Shown in pieces: positions 9,100 to 18,557 of a stretch of DNA of 64,000 bases; position 1 is the first letter of the stretch; the number at the start of each line of letters is the position of its first letter. The notes under the pieces are model-generated. The model worked only from the letters and a program-made list of their open reading frames with translations. It was not told the DNA's origin and did not search any database. Source of the stretch: Verrucomicrobiota bacterium (GTDB lineage Bacteria > Verrucomicrobiota > Verrucomicrobiia > Verrucomicrobiales > DEV007). Location of the stretch: NCBI GenBank assembly GCA_045046875.1, contig JASFYY010000050.1, positions 32,001 through 96,000 of the forward strand. Reading direction: 5' to 3'. Position numbers and translations under genes: made by a program.

Positions 9100-12000
9100 A
9101 TGAAGAAAAAACCATTAGTGGTAAGTCTGGCCCTGTCGTTAATTTTATTGTTGAGTATGAACTCAATCTCATTTGCCGGGGAGTTCAAATTCAAGGATCA
9201 GACCTTGACCGTGCCCGAGGGTTTCAAGGTGGAGCAGATCGCCGGGCCGCCATTGGTCAATCGTCCGATGGAGGCGGATTTCGACGAACAAGGGAGAATG
9301 TTTGTTTCGGACTCATCGGGATTTTCCGGGAAATCCGAGGAACAGTATAAAAAAAAGGATCATCGAATCATGCGTTTGGTGGATACCGATGGGGATGGGG
9401 TTTTTGATAAAAGCACGGTGTTTGCCGACGGCATGATGTTTCCGGAAGGGGTGCTTTGTCATGATGGAGCCGTGTATGTTTCGGCTGTGCCGGTGATCTG
9501 GAAATTGGTGGATACCGATGATGACGGAGTGGCCGACGAACGCACTGTGTGGCATGATGGCAAAACCATGACAGGTTGTGCCAATGACCTGCACGGTCCC
9601 TATCTTGGTCCGGACGGTTGGATTTACTGGAACAAGGGGGCTTTTGCCGAACAAACTTATTCCCGTCCCGGGTTGCCTGGCTTGAAGGATTCTGCGGGGC
9701 ATCTTTTTCGCCGGCGACCTGATGGCTCGGCCAGTGATTCGATCATGAGTGGGGGAATGGATAACCCTGTGGGAGTGGCTTTTACTTCGTCGGGAGACCC
9801 GATGTTTACGTGCACATTTTTCTATCGCCCGCATGCGGGAAAGAAAGATGCGTTGGTTCACACTATTTACGGTAGTGTGTTTGGCAAGCCGAACGGTGTG
9901 CTGGACGGATTGACACGCACTGGTGACCTGATGCCGCCGATGACGCAGTTGGGTTCGGCGGTGCCCTGCGGGGTGACGCGATATGAATCCCAGATTCTGG
10001 GTAAAGAGTTTCAGGATAATTTATTCACCTGTCATTTTAACTTGAAAAGGGTGCAGCGCCACGTACTGAAAAAAAAGGGTTCGACGTATCAAACAGAAGA
10101 CAGTGATTTTTTGATTTCAAACAATCCAGAATTTCATCCCACCGATGTGTTTGAAGACGCTGATGGTAGTTTGGTGGTGATCAATACCGGTGGGTGGTAT
10201 CGGATTTGTTGTCCGACTTCCCAAATTGCCAAACCTGATGTGATGGGCGGAATTTTTCGGATCACTCGCAATGATGGAAAAAAATTAATCGATCCGCGGG
10301 GATTGAAATTGAAGTGGCAAGGGGTAAAAGCGAATGAACTAGCCAAACGTTTGGGGGACAGTCGGGTGGCAGTCAGCAAGCGGGCGATTGAGGCTTTGGG
10401 CAAACAGGGGGAAGCGGCGGTCGGAGTTCTGGCTGATTTGCTGAAGCAGTCTCAAAAGCAACAGGTACGATTAAATGCAGTGTGGGCGCTCACCCGCATT
10501 GACGGAGCCGCTGCTCGAGCTTCGATTCGTTTTGCTCTGAATGATGCTTCGGATACAGTAAGACAGGCAGCTTGTCATGCCGCGGGGATTCATCGAGACG
10601 CGGCGGCCGTTGCCGGCTTGATGAAATGTCTTCAAGCCGAGTCACCGCATTTGCGTCGTAAAGCGGCGACGGCGCTGGGACAATTGCGGGCGAAGGAGGC
10701 GCTGTTAGCTTTGCTGAACGGTATCGATGTTTCGAATGACCGACTGCTGGAGCATGCGTTGATTTACGCTTTGATAGAAATCGGTGATGCAGGTGTTTTG
10801 CGCAAAGAGGTAACTCGACTTTCCGCCATGACGACAGAAGCTGCGGTGCTGAAACATCGAGCGGCTTTGATCGCTTTGGATCAAATGGCCGGGGAGCATT
10901 TAAAAACGGATGATGTGGTTCCTTTACTGACCTCCAAGCAGCCCGTTTTGAAAAAAGTAGCGGCCTGGATCATTGAGTTTCATCCGGAATGGGGAGATGC
11001 CTTGACGGATTATTATCGCCAACAGCTGGCAAGAGTTGATGAGTTGGGTGAGGATGATAGAAGGGCTTTGCAAAGTCAGATTGGCCAATCGGCGGCAACC
11101 GCTTCGGTGCAGAAATTAATCGCGGATGATTTGGCTGCGGAAAATAAACAGCCTGCCGGACGACTGGTTTTGCTGGCGGCGGTATCACAATCGACTTTGA
11201 AGCGCATGCCTGTCACATGGACAGTAGGCATCAAACGTTCTCTAGAGTCGTCTGATACGGCGGTGATAGAACAAACTTTGAGAGCATTGAAGGCGTTGAA
11301 ACCGGACAAAGGAGCGACTGCGATTTTGAAAGAGCGTTTGTTGTTGATCGCCGGGGATGAGCAACAGTCTGCGACGCTGAGGTTGGCGGCTTTGGAAGTA
11401 TGGTCATCGCTGTCGCCTGGCGTGCCGTCGCAAGTCTTGTTTGATTTTATGATTGCCCGTATTGATGCAGCGAACCCTCCCATGCAGCGTAGCGTGGCGG
11501 CAGGGGTTCTTGCGCGGGTGAAATTGAATGGCGGGCAATTATTGAAATTGGCCGTGGCGATGAAAAACATTAATCCGATGGAACTGACGAGTTTGTTGGT
11601 GGCTTTCAAAACGTGCTCGGATGAAAATATTGGCAGTCAATTGTTGGATTCACTTTCACAATCTGAAGCCAAGTCGGCTCTTCGTCCGGATATGCTGCAA
11701 CCGTCATTGGAAAAATTCTCACCGGAGCTTCGTGAAAAAGGAGAAGCTCTGTTGGCATCGGTGAATCTCGGAATCAAGGAGCAAAAGGCAAAACTGGATG
11801 CCTTGGAAAAAATCGTAGTGAAGGGTGATGCCAAACGGGGGCATCTGGTTTACAACAGTCAGAAAACCGCTTGTTCGGTGTGTCATTCGGTGGGTTATGT
11901 CGGAGGGAAATTTGGCCCTGATCTCACTCACATTGGCAAGGTGCGTACCGAACGTGATTTGCTGGAGGCGATCATTTACCCCAGTTCGAATTTTGTCCGC

Positions 12001-12240
12001 AGCTTCGAACCGGTGACGTTGAAAACCAAATCAGGAGCCGCTCTTTACGGCATGTTAAAAGAAGCATCATCGGATCATGTGGCCTTGGTGCTGGGGCCCG
12101 GTGCAGAGCAGCGTATCGCCAGAGTGGATGTCGCGGAGATCACACCCGGCGCGGTATCCCTGATGCCGCAAGGTTTGGATGCAGTGATGAGCGAACAGGA
12201 GCTTGCGGATCTGGTGGTGTTTTTGAAATCACTGAAGTAA
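9100..12240 (+). CDS. PVC-type heme-binding CxxCH protein (putative membrane-bound dehydrogenase: beta-propeller + HEAT repeats + cytochrome c)
   Basis: Signal peptide; LTVPEGFKVE...DTDGDGVFDKSTVFADG propeller; HEAT repeats; C-terminal GDAKRG...CSVCH...GPDLTHIG...SLMPQGL. Confidence 0.9.
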   Translation: MKKKPLVVSLALSLILLLSMNSISFAGEFKFKDQTLTVPEGFKVEQIAGPPLVNRPMEADFDEQGRMFVSDSSGFSGKSEEQYKKKDHRIMRLVDTDGDGVFDKSTVFADGMMFPEGVLCHDGAVYVSAVPVIWKLVDTDDDGVADERTVWHDGKTMTGCANDLHGPYLGPDGWIYWNKGAFAEQTYSRPGLPGLKDSAGHLFRRRPDGSASDSIMSGGMDNPVGVAFTSSGDPMFTCTFFYRPHAGKKDALVHTIYGSVFGKPNGVLDGLTRTGDLMPPMTQLGSAVPCGVTRYESQILGKEFQDNLFTCHFNLKRVQRHVLKKKGSTYQTEDSDFLISNNPEFHPTDVFEDADGSLVVINTGGWYRICCPTSQIAKPDVMGGIFRITRNDGKKLIDPRGLKLKWQGVKANELAKRLGDSRVAVSKRAIEALGKQGEAAVGVLADLLKQSQKQQVRLNAVWALTRIDGAAARASIRFALNDASDTVRQAACHAAGIHRDAAAVAGLMKCLQAESPHLRRKAATALGQLRAKEALLALLNGIDVSNDRLLEHALIYALIEIGDAGVLRKEVTRLSAMTTEAAVLKHRAALIALDQMAGEHLKTDDVVPLLTSKQPVLKKVAAWIIEFHPEWGDALTDYYRQQLARVDELGEDDRRALQSQIGQSAATASVQKLIADDLAAENKQPAGRLVLLAAVSQSTLKRMPVTWTVGIKRSLESSDTAVIEQTLRALKALKPDKGATAILKERLLLIAGDEQQSATLRLAALEVWSSLSPGVPSQVLFDFMIARIDAANPPMQRSVAAGVLARVKLNGGQLLKLAVAMKNINPMELTSLLVAFKTCSDENIGSQLLDSLSQSEAKSALRPDMLQPSLEKFSPELREKGEALLASVNLGIKEQKAKLDALEKIVVKGDAKRGHLVYNSQKTACSVCHSVGYVGGKFGPDLTHIGKVRTERDLLEAIIYPSSNFVRSFEPVTLKTKSGAALYGMLKEASSDHVALVLGPGAEQRIARVDVAEITPGAVSLMPQGLDAVMSEQELADLVVFLKSLK

Positions 12241-12369
12241 GGGGGCAACGGTGTTTTGAGGCTTCATATTGTCCTAATTTTTCCTAGTGCTGTTATTACA
12301 CTAGTGAATAGGCGATGAACCTGTGTTTGTTGCTTTGCAGAAAGACCAAAATTAAACCTCCTCCTTGTC

Positions 12370-13746
12370 ATGAATAGCTCAAATACCGATGAATCACCTG
12401 CTGCTAATCCTTTAGCCACGTCACGGCGAAAATTCCTTAAAAATAGCAGCAAACTAACCGCGGCATCCATTTTGGCAGGGGTGAAGATTCCTTTTGTTCA
12501 TGCCAGTGATGATCAGACCATCCGTTTGGCCTTGATTGGTTGCGGCGGACGTGGCGCAGGTGCGGCGGGTAATGCGCTTACTGCTTCCGGAGGTCCGGTG
12601 AAGTTGGTTGCGATGGCGGATCTTTTTGAAGATAAACAAAACCGGGCTTACGAGGTTTTAAAAAAGCAATTTAAAGAAAAAGTTGAAGTGCCGAAGGAGC
12701 AGAGATTCATTGGTTTTGATGCCTACCGTCATGCAATTGATTGTCTTCGACCGGGCGATGTGGCGCTGTTGACCACTAACGCCTATTGTCGTGCCACTCA
12801 TCTCGATTATGCGGTGGAGAAGGGGGTGAATGTGTTCATGGAGAAATCTTTCTCACCCGACCCTTATGGACTGCACCGCATGCTTCGTGCTGGTGAAGTG
12901 GCAGAAAAGAAAAACTTAAAAATTTCCACGGGCCTTATGTGTCGTCATTCGGTGGCGCGGCAGGCTTTTATCGAAAAGGTGCGCAATGGCGACTTGGGAG
13001 AAATTCCTCTGATAAGAGCCTATCGTATGGGGCGCAAAGCACACTTGACCTCGCGCAATACGGGGGATCCTGAGGTGCAGTGGCAAATCCGCAATAAGGG
13101 TTATTTTAACTGGGTATCCTCCGGTCGGCTGATTGAGTATATGATTCACCAGATAGACGAAGTTTGTTGGTTGAAAGATTCCTTTCCTATTGCGGTTCAT
13201 GGCATCGGCGGTCGGGTGCCTCACAGTCCTGATCTAGGTCAAAATTTGGATACCTATTCGATTGAGTATTCTTTTGCTGATGGTTCGAGGGCGATGGTTT
13301 ACAGCCGCGACATTGATCACAGTAAAATTGATTTTGGCACTTACGTGCATGGCACCAAACGTGCGGGTCAATTTTCGGGAATGACTCACAAAGCGACAGT
13401 TCAGACTTACAAGGATATGCAGATGAATCGTCGAAACATCGATTGGAAAGCGGAGCGGGAACCGTGCAATCCTTGGCAGGCTGAGTGGAATGTGTTGCTA
13501 TCGAAAATCAGGAATGACGAAAAACATAACGAGACCAAAAGATCCATTTATTCAAACTTTGCGTCGATCATGGGGCGTGCAGCTGTCCACAATGAGAGTG
13601 TGGTCACCTGGGACGAGGTGTTTAGCTCAAAATTCAAGTTCTGTGATAATATTGATGCAATGGACTTTAACCAGGCCGCACCGGTGTTGCCTGACGCCAA
13701 TGGAGCTTACCCTGTGCCGATTCCTGGACAGTGGACGGAGATTTGA
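12370..13746 (+). CDS. Tat-exported Gfo/Idh/MocA family oxidoreductase
   Basis: SRRKFLK Tat motif; LIGCGGRGAGA Rossmann fold; VFMEKS; HQID. Confidence 0.9.
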   Translation: MNSSNTDESPAANPLATSRRKFLKNSSKLTAASILAGVKIPFVHASDDQTIRLALIGCGGRGAGAAGNALTASGGPVKLVAMADLFEDKQNRAYEVLKKQFKEKVEVPKEQRFIGFDAYRHAIDCLRPGDVALLTTNAYCRATHLDYAVEKGVNVFMEKSFSPDPYGLHRMLRAGEVAEKKNLKISTGLMCRHSVARQAFIEKVRNGDLGEIPLIRAYRMGRKAHLTSRNTGDPEVQWQIRNKGYFNWVSSGRLIEYMIHQIDEVCWLKDSFPIAVHGIGGRVPHSPDLGQNLDTYSIEYSFADGSRAMVYSRDIDHSKIDFGTYVHGTKRAGQFSGMTHKATVQTYKDMQMNRRNIDWKAEREPCNPWQAEWNVLLSKIRNDEKHNETKRSIYSNFASIMGRAAVHNESVVTWDEVFSSKFKFCDNIDAMDFNQAAPVLPDANGAYPVPIPGQWTEI

Positions 13747-13755
13747 GTGACCTTG

Positions 13756-13808
13756 TGAGGTCTAAAATGGGTCAGACCTCATGCAACTCATGCAATAAAG
13801 TTCTTGTC
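13756..13808 (+). repeat. Hairpin plus motif resembling the sequence upstream of the RAYT gene
   Basis: TGAGGTCT-N10-AGACCTCA inverted repeat; tandem CTCATGCAA x2; ATGCAATAAAGTTCTTGT matches ATGCAAAATAGTTCTTGT (30805-30822) at 16/18. Confidence 0.5.
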
Positions 13809-13853
13809 TCATATGGGAGGTGTGGGGTGAGGCGGGCGAGGGGGCGTTAAGCT

Positions 13854-14621
13854 TCAGCTGTGCATCACTTGACCGCCGTCGATGTTGATGGTTTGGCCGG
13901 TGATGTTTTTGGCTTGGGGGGAGGCGAGGTAAACTGCCATGGCTCCGTATTCTTCGGGGTCTTGCCATTGGCCGAGCGGGGCGATGCGCTTGATTTTTTC
14001 ATCTGCCCAGTCTTGATAACTTTTGGTCACTTGCGAAGCTTTCCAGACGGAGCGATTGAGACTCGTTTTCACCATGCCCGGAGCCAAGGCGTTGGAACGT
14101 ATGCCATCAGCTGCTAAGTCGCGAGCGACACATTGCATGAAGTTGATCAGGCCGGCTTTCGAGGCGCTGTAGGGTGGATCAGTTTGTGATCCGACCTGTC
14201 CGGCTACGGAGGTGATGAATAATAGCGAGCGTCCGTGGCTGTCGCCTTGTTGCATGTAGGGGGCAAAGGCCTGGGCGGTGTGGACGGCTCCGATCAGATT
14301 GACCTGTAGGACTTGCATCCAGTCCTGGGGGGCGACGTTCCAGAAAGGGAATCCGGTTTTGCCCGATCCGATGCCAACACTGAAAATAACATGATCGATT
14401 TGTCCGAATTGAGAAGCCAAGTCGTCAGCGGCCTTTTTTGTAGCTTCGAAGTCCGCTACGTCGGCCTGACGGACTTCCCCTGGAAATCCAGTGACCTCTG
14501 CTTCACGGTCGATGATAGCGACCTGAGCTTCCTCGGCGATAAAGGCGTCCGCAATCGCGCGTCCAATTCCCTGGGCGCCTCCGACGATGATTGCGGTTTT
14601 GTTTTGTAAATTTAAATTCAT
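13854..14621 (-). CDS. SDR family oxidoreductase
   Basis: GGAQGIG cofactor motif, YSASK catalytic motif, ITGQTINIDGG C-terminus. Confidence 0.93.
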   Translation of the reverse strand: MNLNLQNKTAIIVGGAQGIGRAIADAFIAEEAQVAIIDREAEVTGFPGEVRQADVADFEATKKAADDLASQFGQIDHVIFSVGIGSGKTGFPFWNVAPQDWMQVLQVNLIGAVHTAQAFAPYMQQGDSHGRSLLFITSVAGQVGSQTDPPYSASKAGLINFMQCVARDLAADGIRSNALAPGMVKTSLNRSVWKASQVTKSYQDWADEKIKRIAPLGQWQDPEEYGAMAVYLASPQAKNITGQTINIDGGQVMHS

Positions 14622-14747
14622 GTGCGCGCTTGATGTTGTTTATTATTCGGGACGGATTTTTTATATAGATTGCCAGCTTGTGAAGTCGTTATAAATGGTA
14701 GCGTGAATTATAATCGAGAGAAGGGAGGGAAGGTGTAAAATATTTTT

Positions 14748-15164
14748 ATGCAAATGAGAGATGTAGTCGAATCCCCGCTGACATGGATACTTACTGGAAT
14801 TTGTGTGGTGGGTTGTATTTATGCCAAGCGTAGTGTGATCTCGGGAATTATTACGGGAATCATGGCGCCGATGGTGATTGTTCCTCTTTGGATCATGGCG
14901 GGACTGGCCGTTAATGTGCCACATCTGTTGGTGCGGAAAATGTTTCCTGATTTGCTGCCTTATTTGCAAAACTCTTCATCGGCTTGGGCGTCAGGCATTT
15001 TATTTGTTACCGATCCAGCTCATCTAGCAACTGGGATCACTGCCGGATTTTTTATTTGGTATTGTATTGTCGGTAGGATGAATTCGCATCGCCCGTTGGC
15101 TTTCACTTTGGAGAGAAATACTATCACATCTCCCAGTCCGTTAACGCGGCGTTTCTGGCATTAA
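14748..15164 (+). CDS. Hypothetical membrane protein
   Basis: 138-aa ORF with about 3 hydrophobic segments; fills the gap between two minus-strand genes; AT-rich upstream region. Confidence 0.55.
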   Translation: MQMRDVVESPLTWILTGICVVGCIYAKRSVISGIITGIMAPMVIVPLWIMAGLAVNVPHLLVRKMFPDLLPYLQNSSSAWASGILFVTDPAHLATGITAGFFIWYCIVGRMNSHRPLAFTLERNTITSPSPLTRRFWH

Positions 15165-15174
15165 ATACATACTC

Positions 15175-16566
15175 TTAGTAGCCGTCTTCGTCCATTGTGC
15201 AGGGCACCATGATGGCTTCGCTCATGCCGTGGAGGATTTTTTTGTCGGCAGGACAGATGGTGGCGAGGACGCCGCCGAGTTTGACTTCGCCGATCCCGGT
15301 GGCAGATAGCGGTGGTGGGGTGAAATAATAGGGGCAGAGCCGCACTCGTCCTTCCATCTCGATGATCTGTCCTGATTCGGGATCGAGGTAGGGGTGTTGA
15401 ACTAACTTTCCGTTATGGAATTCCTGTAGAACGTAGGGGTGGCTGTCAAAGGAGTCGAGTGCGTTGTCGATGGCGGCGCTCCACTCGGTTTGTGATTGGT
15501 CGTGGCCGATACTGACGCTGCGACTGCCCCAGCCGATTTCGGAAAAACCGCTGATTTTGAGCACGTATTCACGCTCGGTTTGGCTGAAGTTTTTAAGCTC
15601 TTGGAAACTGTTGATCTCTAATTGAGGAATAACGGCGTGGTGGGGCAGAGGGGCGGGATCGAGGATCCAGCTGCGGGGGATGAGTTGTTGCAGGCGCTTC
15701 CAATTGCCTTCACGCAATTCGCGCCGCCAGATTTGCTGCAAGGGGCGTGACCAAAATAGGGCGAGCCACATTTTTTCTTCGAGGAAGGCTTTGAAGGGGG
15801 CGCTGAGATCGAGGTCGCCAGCGGCGGCGGAATGCGCGAGCTTTTCGATTCCGGGCAGGTTGGGCAGGTCGAAGAGTTCGAAAAAACGGTAGGCGTCGCG
15901 GCTGCCATCGTTTTGGTATCCTTCTGCCGGGTGGACTTGCCAGGTTTTGTTATTGCTCGACTGGTTTAATTGGTTTACCAGCCATTCGGATTCCGGCAGG
16001 TAGTCGCAGGCTTCTTGAGAGATGACCAAGTCGGCTCCGTTTTTAAAAGTGGAGGCAAAACCTTTGAGCATGCCATCAGCTCCACCGACGATGTGCGCAT
16101 CGGCGAGGTTTTGGGTGTAAGTTTGGTTCAGCCATGCGGTTAGGCCGATACCGCCGGGCACGCTGTCGAGTTCGGCCATGGCAAAACCCTGCTCGGTGAG
16201 GATCAAGTCGGGGCGGATCACACGTGGCAATTGTTTTTGGATGAGGGGATCGATACCGAGTTCGATCAGCGGGGCGGGCTTGCCTCGATCCAGATATTGG
16301 TGGATCCAGGGTGGCAGGGATCCGTTGTGACTGCGGCGGTAGAGGGTGTCACTGGCGCGTTGGAAACGGTGCAGCAGGGAGCCGATGTGTTCGAGTTGGC
16401 GGACGGTTTTGGGGGAGAGTGGGAATGCGCGGGGGGATAGGCGCCAATGTTTGCCGGAAAAAAGCCCTTGTTTGGGGAAGGCTTGTTGCAGAGCTGTCAC
16501 CTTGGCCTGCGGGGAATCGACCTCGGGCGGTTTTGTTTGTGTGTTGGATTGAAGCGGGTGCGGCAT
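15175..16566 (-). CDS. Putative ATP-grasp peptide/amine ligase (glutathionylspermidine-synthase-like or circularly permuted ATP-grasp)
   Basis: IRPDLIL...AELDSVPGGIG, YVLKISG...WGSRSV, YVLQEF and RVRLCPY resemble ATP-grasp motifs. Confidence 0.6.
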   Translation of the reverse strand: MPHPLQSNTQTKPPEVDSPQAKVTALQQAFPKQGLFSGKHWRLSPRAFPLSPKTVRQLEHIGSLLHRFQRASDTLYRRSHNGSLPPWIHQYLDRGKPAPLIELGIDPLIQKQLPRVIRPDLILTEQGFAMAELDSVPGGIGLTAWLNQTYTQNLADAHIVGGADGMLKGFASTFKNGADLVISQEACDYLPESEWLVNQLNQSSNNKTWQVHPAEGYQNDGSRDAYRFFELFDLPNLPGIEKLAHSAAAGDLDLSAPFKAFLEEKMWLALFWSRPLQQIWRRELREGNWKRLQQLIPRSWILDPAPLPHHAVIPQLEINSFQELKNFSQTEREYVLKISGFSEIGWGSRSVSIGHDQSQTEWSAAIDNALDSFDSHPYVLQEFHNGKLVQHPYLDPESGQIIEMEGRVRLCPYYFTPPPLSATGIGEVKLGGVLATICPADKKILHGMSEAIMVPCTMDEDGY

Positions 16567-16593
16567 GGTTGGAAATGATTTTGTGGAGGGCCT

Positions 16594-17205
16594 TTATTGT
16601 AGCAATCGCAAGGCCGCACGCAGGATATCATCGGAGCTGCTGGTGCCATCCGGATTTTCTTTGCAGGCTTTGATCACGGCGCTGTGGGCGGCGTTTTGCT
16701 TGAAGCCCAGCGAAATGAGGGCGAGCACGGCATCGTTTTTGAGAGAATTTTCGGAAGGGCTTGCTCCTTCGCTGCTGGCGGCCTGCTCCCAAGCGCTGGT
16801 GACTCCGACTTTGTCTTTGAGTTCGAGCACGATGCGTTCAACGGTTTTTTTGCCGAGCCCCTTGATACGGGAAAGGGTGTCCAGATCGCCGGCCACTACG
16901 GCGTTTTTGAAATCCGAGGCACCCAGGCTGCCAAGGATCGACATGGCGACTTTAGGGCCGACTCCAGAGACACGGTTGATGAGCAGTAGGAAGAGGTCGC
17001 GCTCTTCATCTGATTTAAAACCATACAAGGTGAGTTCCTGCTCGCGCACATATAGATAGGTGAGCACTCGAACTTTGTCGCCGACCTGGCCAAGCGAGTC
17101 GGGGCCGCCGAGTGGCATGGTGATCTGGTAGCCGACTCCCTGCACATCGAGAGTGACACGGTTGGGGAGAATATGGGCGAGGGCGCCGTGGAGAAAGGTT
17201 ATCAT
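16594..17205 (-). CDS. ruvA: Holliday junction branch migration protein RuvA
   Basis: MITFLHG...DVQGVGY, VREQELTLYGF, VSGVGPKVA, KGLGKKTVERIVLELKDK, ALISLGF. Confidence 0.97.
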   Translation of the reverse strand: MITFLHGALAHILPNRVTLDVQGVGYQITMPLGGPDSLGQVGDKVRVLTYLYVREQELTLYGFKSDEERDLFLLLINRVSGVGPKVAMSILGSLGASDFKNAVVAGDLDTLSRIKGLGKKTVERIVLELKDKVGVTSAWEQAASSEGASPSENSLKNDAVLALISLGFKQNAAHSAVIKACKENPDGTSSSDDILRAALRLLQ

Positions 17206-17306
17206 GGAAATTGTGGTGTTTGGGAACTAGGATAAATCTTGTCTGGTCGTTTGGACGGTGACTTCGACCAGAACTTAGTTTAATTGTCGTTATATTTTTT
17301 GCTACT

Positions 17307-17942
17307 ATGAAAAAGAGTTTATTCCAACTGTGTGTAGCGGTTTTGTGCTTGTTTAGAGTAACGGGATTGGTTGCAGGAGATAAGCCGGCGGTGAAAAGAG
17401 ATTCGGATGCAGCAAAAATGCGTGCTGGTATTGTGTTTGAAACGCTGGCGATTGATCCTGAGGTGTTCACCCGGGTGGAAGGAGGGAAAAAATCGGTGAT
17501 GGTACCGGTTCACGAATGGGATTATGGGGTGAAATTGTTCACTGCTGCGGAATGGAAAAAAAGGAACTATAAAAAAGGTGAATTCAGAGGCCTGGCGGAA
17601 GTGGTGGCGGATAAAGTTTTGCAAGAAGCGCAGCTTGAATTTATCCGAGATAGGCGTGATGTTGTTCTTTATGCAGTGATTCGCAGTGAGGACCCGTTTT
17701 TATCGAGCATCCTGCTTTCTAAAAAATTCCTACCAAAATTTAAAAAAAATATGGGAGAAATCGTGAGGGTGGTCATTGTTGATCGTCACGAATTGTATGT
17801 TTTTCCCGATTCAGGGGGGAAATTGGACGAATATGGGCCGGTTTTGGCGCAGCGGTATAAAACGACCCGACAGCCGGTAAGCCTGGAGATATTCCAGGTG
17901 AGTGATAAAGGTTTAAAAATAATCGGGACATTAGGGCGATAA
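17307..17942 (+). CDS. Hypothetical secreted protein
   Basis: N-terminal signal peptide; 211-aa ORF divergent from ruvA. Confidence 0.7.
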   Translation: MKKSLFQLCVAVLCLFRVTGLVAGDKPAVKRDSDAAKMRAGIVFETLAIDPEVFTRVEGGKKSVMVPVHEWDYGVKLFTAAEWKKRNYKKGEFRGLAEVVADKVLQEAQLEFIRDRRDVVLYAVIRSEDPFLSSILLSKKFLPKFKKNMGEIVRVVIVDRHELYVFPDSGGKLDEYGPVLAQRYKTTRQPVSLEIFQVSDKGLKIIGTLGR

Positions 17943-18042
17943 TTAATAATTTTCATAAATTATATAAAAATTGTAAAAATTTCTCAGTGAGCTCTGGGAA
18001 AAGGGTGGCTTAGTTGGACGGAATGTGATACACTGCCGGTCT

Positions 18043-18366
18043 ATGGCTAATCCAAGAAGAACCAGATTTTCAAGACGTGTGCCCGATCATGTAACAAATG
18101 AACTTGTTGCCGTACTCTCCGACAAAGCTACCTTTGGCTTCAAAGACCTATTTATAGTGGTTTACGAAAACCTGAAAGCTAGAAATGCTGTCAGCGGTGG
18201 CGAAGAAATGCTTCGTTTGCGTGCTTACGAAAAATTACAGAACCTGGTAACCCGTGGTTTGGTCAGTAAAGAGGGTAAGCAATACACTGCGCTCGATAAC
18301 ATCAAAGACGCGATCACTGAGGCGGCTCCTAAACCTGAGCTTCCCAAAGAAGAAGCGGCTAAATAA
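18043..18366 (+). CDS. Small basic hypothetical protein, possible winged-helix
   Basis: MANPRRTRFSRR...LRLRAYEKLQNLVTRGLVSKEGKQY; the C-terminal part looks like a wHTH recognition helix and wing. Confidence 0.75.
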   Translation: MANPRRTRFSRRVPDHVTNELVAVLSDKATFGFKDLFIVVYENLKARNAVSGGEEMLRLRAYEKLQNLVTRGLVSKEGKQYTALDNIKDAITEAAPKPELPKEEAAK

Positions 18367-18453
18367 GGCTGATTGTTCTATTTTGCCTGAGGGTTTTGGG
18401 TGATATTTCTTTGAAATATTCATCTGGACGAACTCGGGAATCGAATTAAACTC

Positions 18454-18500
18454 ATCGCTGTGCGGACTTGAATAAAGTCGGCACAGCGATTTTTCGTTTT
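18454..18500 (+). terminator. Intrinsic terminator-like hairpin upstream of nuoA
   Basis: ATCGCTGTGC-GGACTTGAATAAAGTCG-GCACAGCGAT followed by TTTTCGTTTT. Confidence 0.65.
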
Positions 18501-18557
18501 AGTCTACAGGCTTGGCTCTGTGGGCGTATTTAGATTCACCATCAGTTACAGATCATT

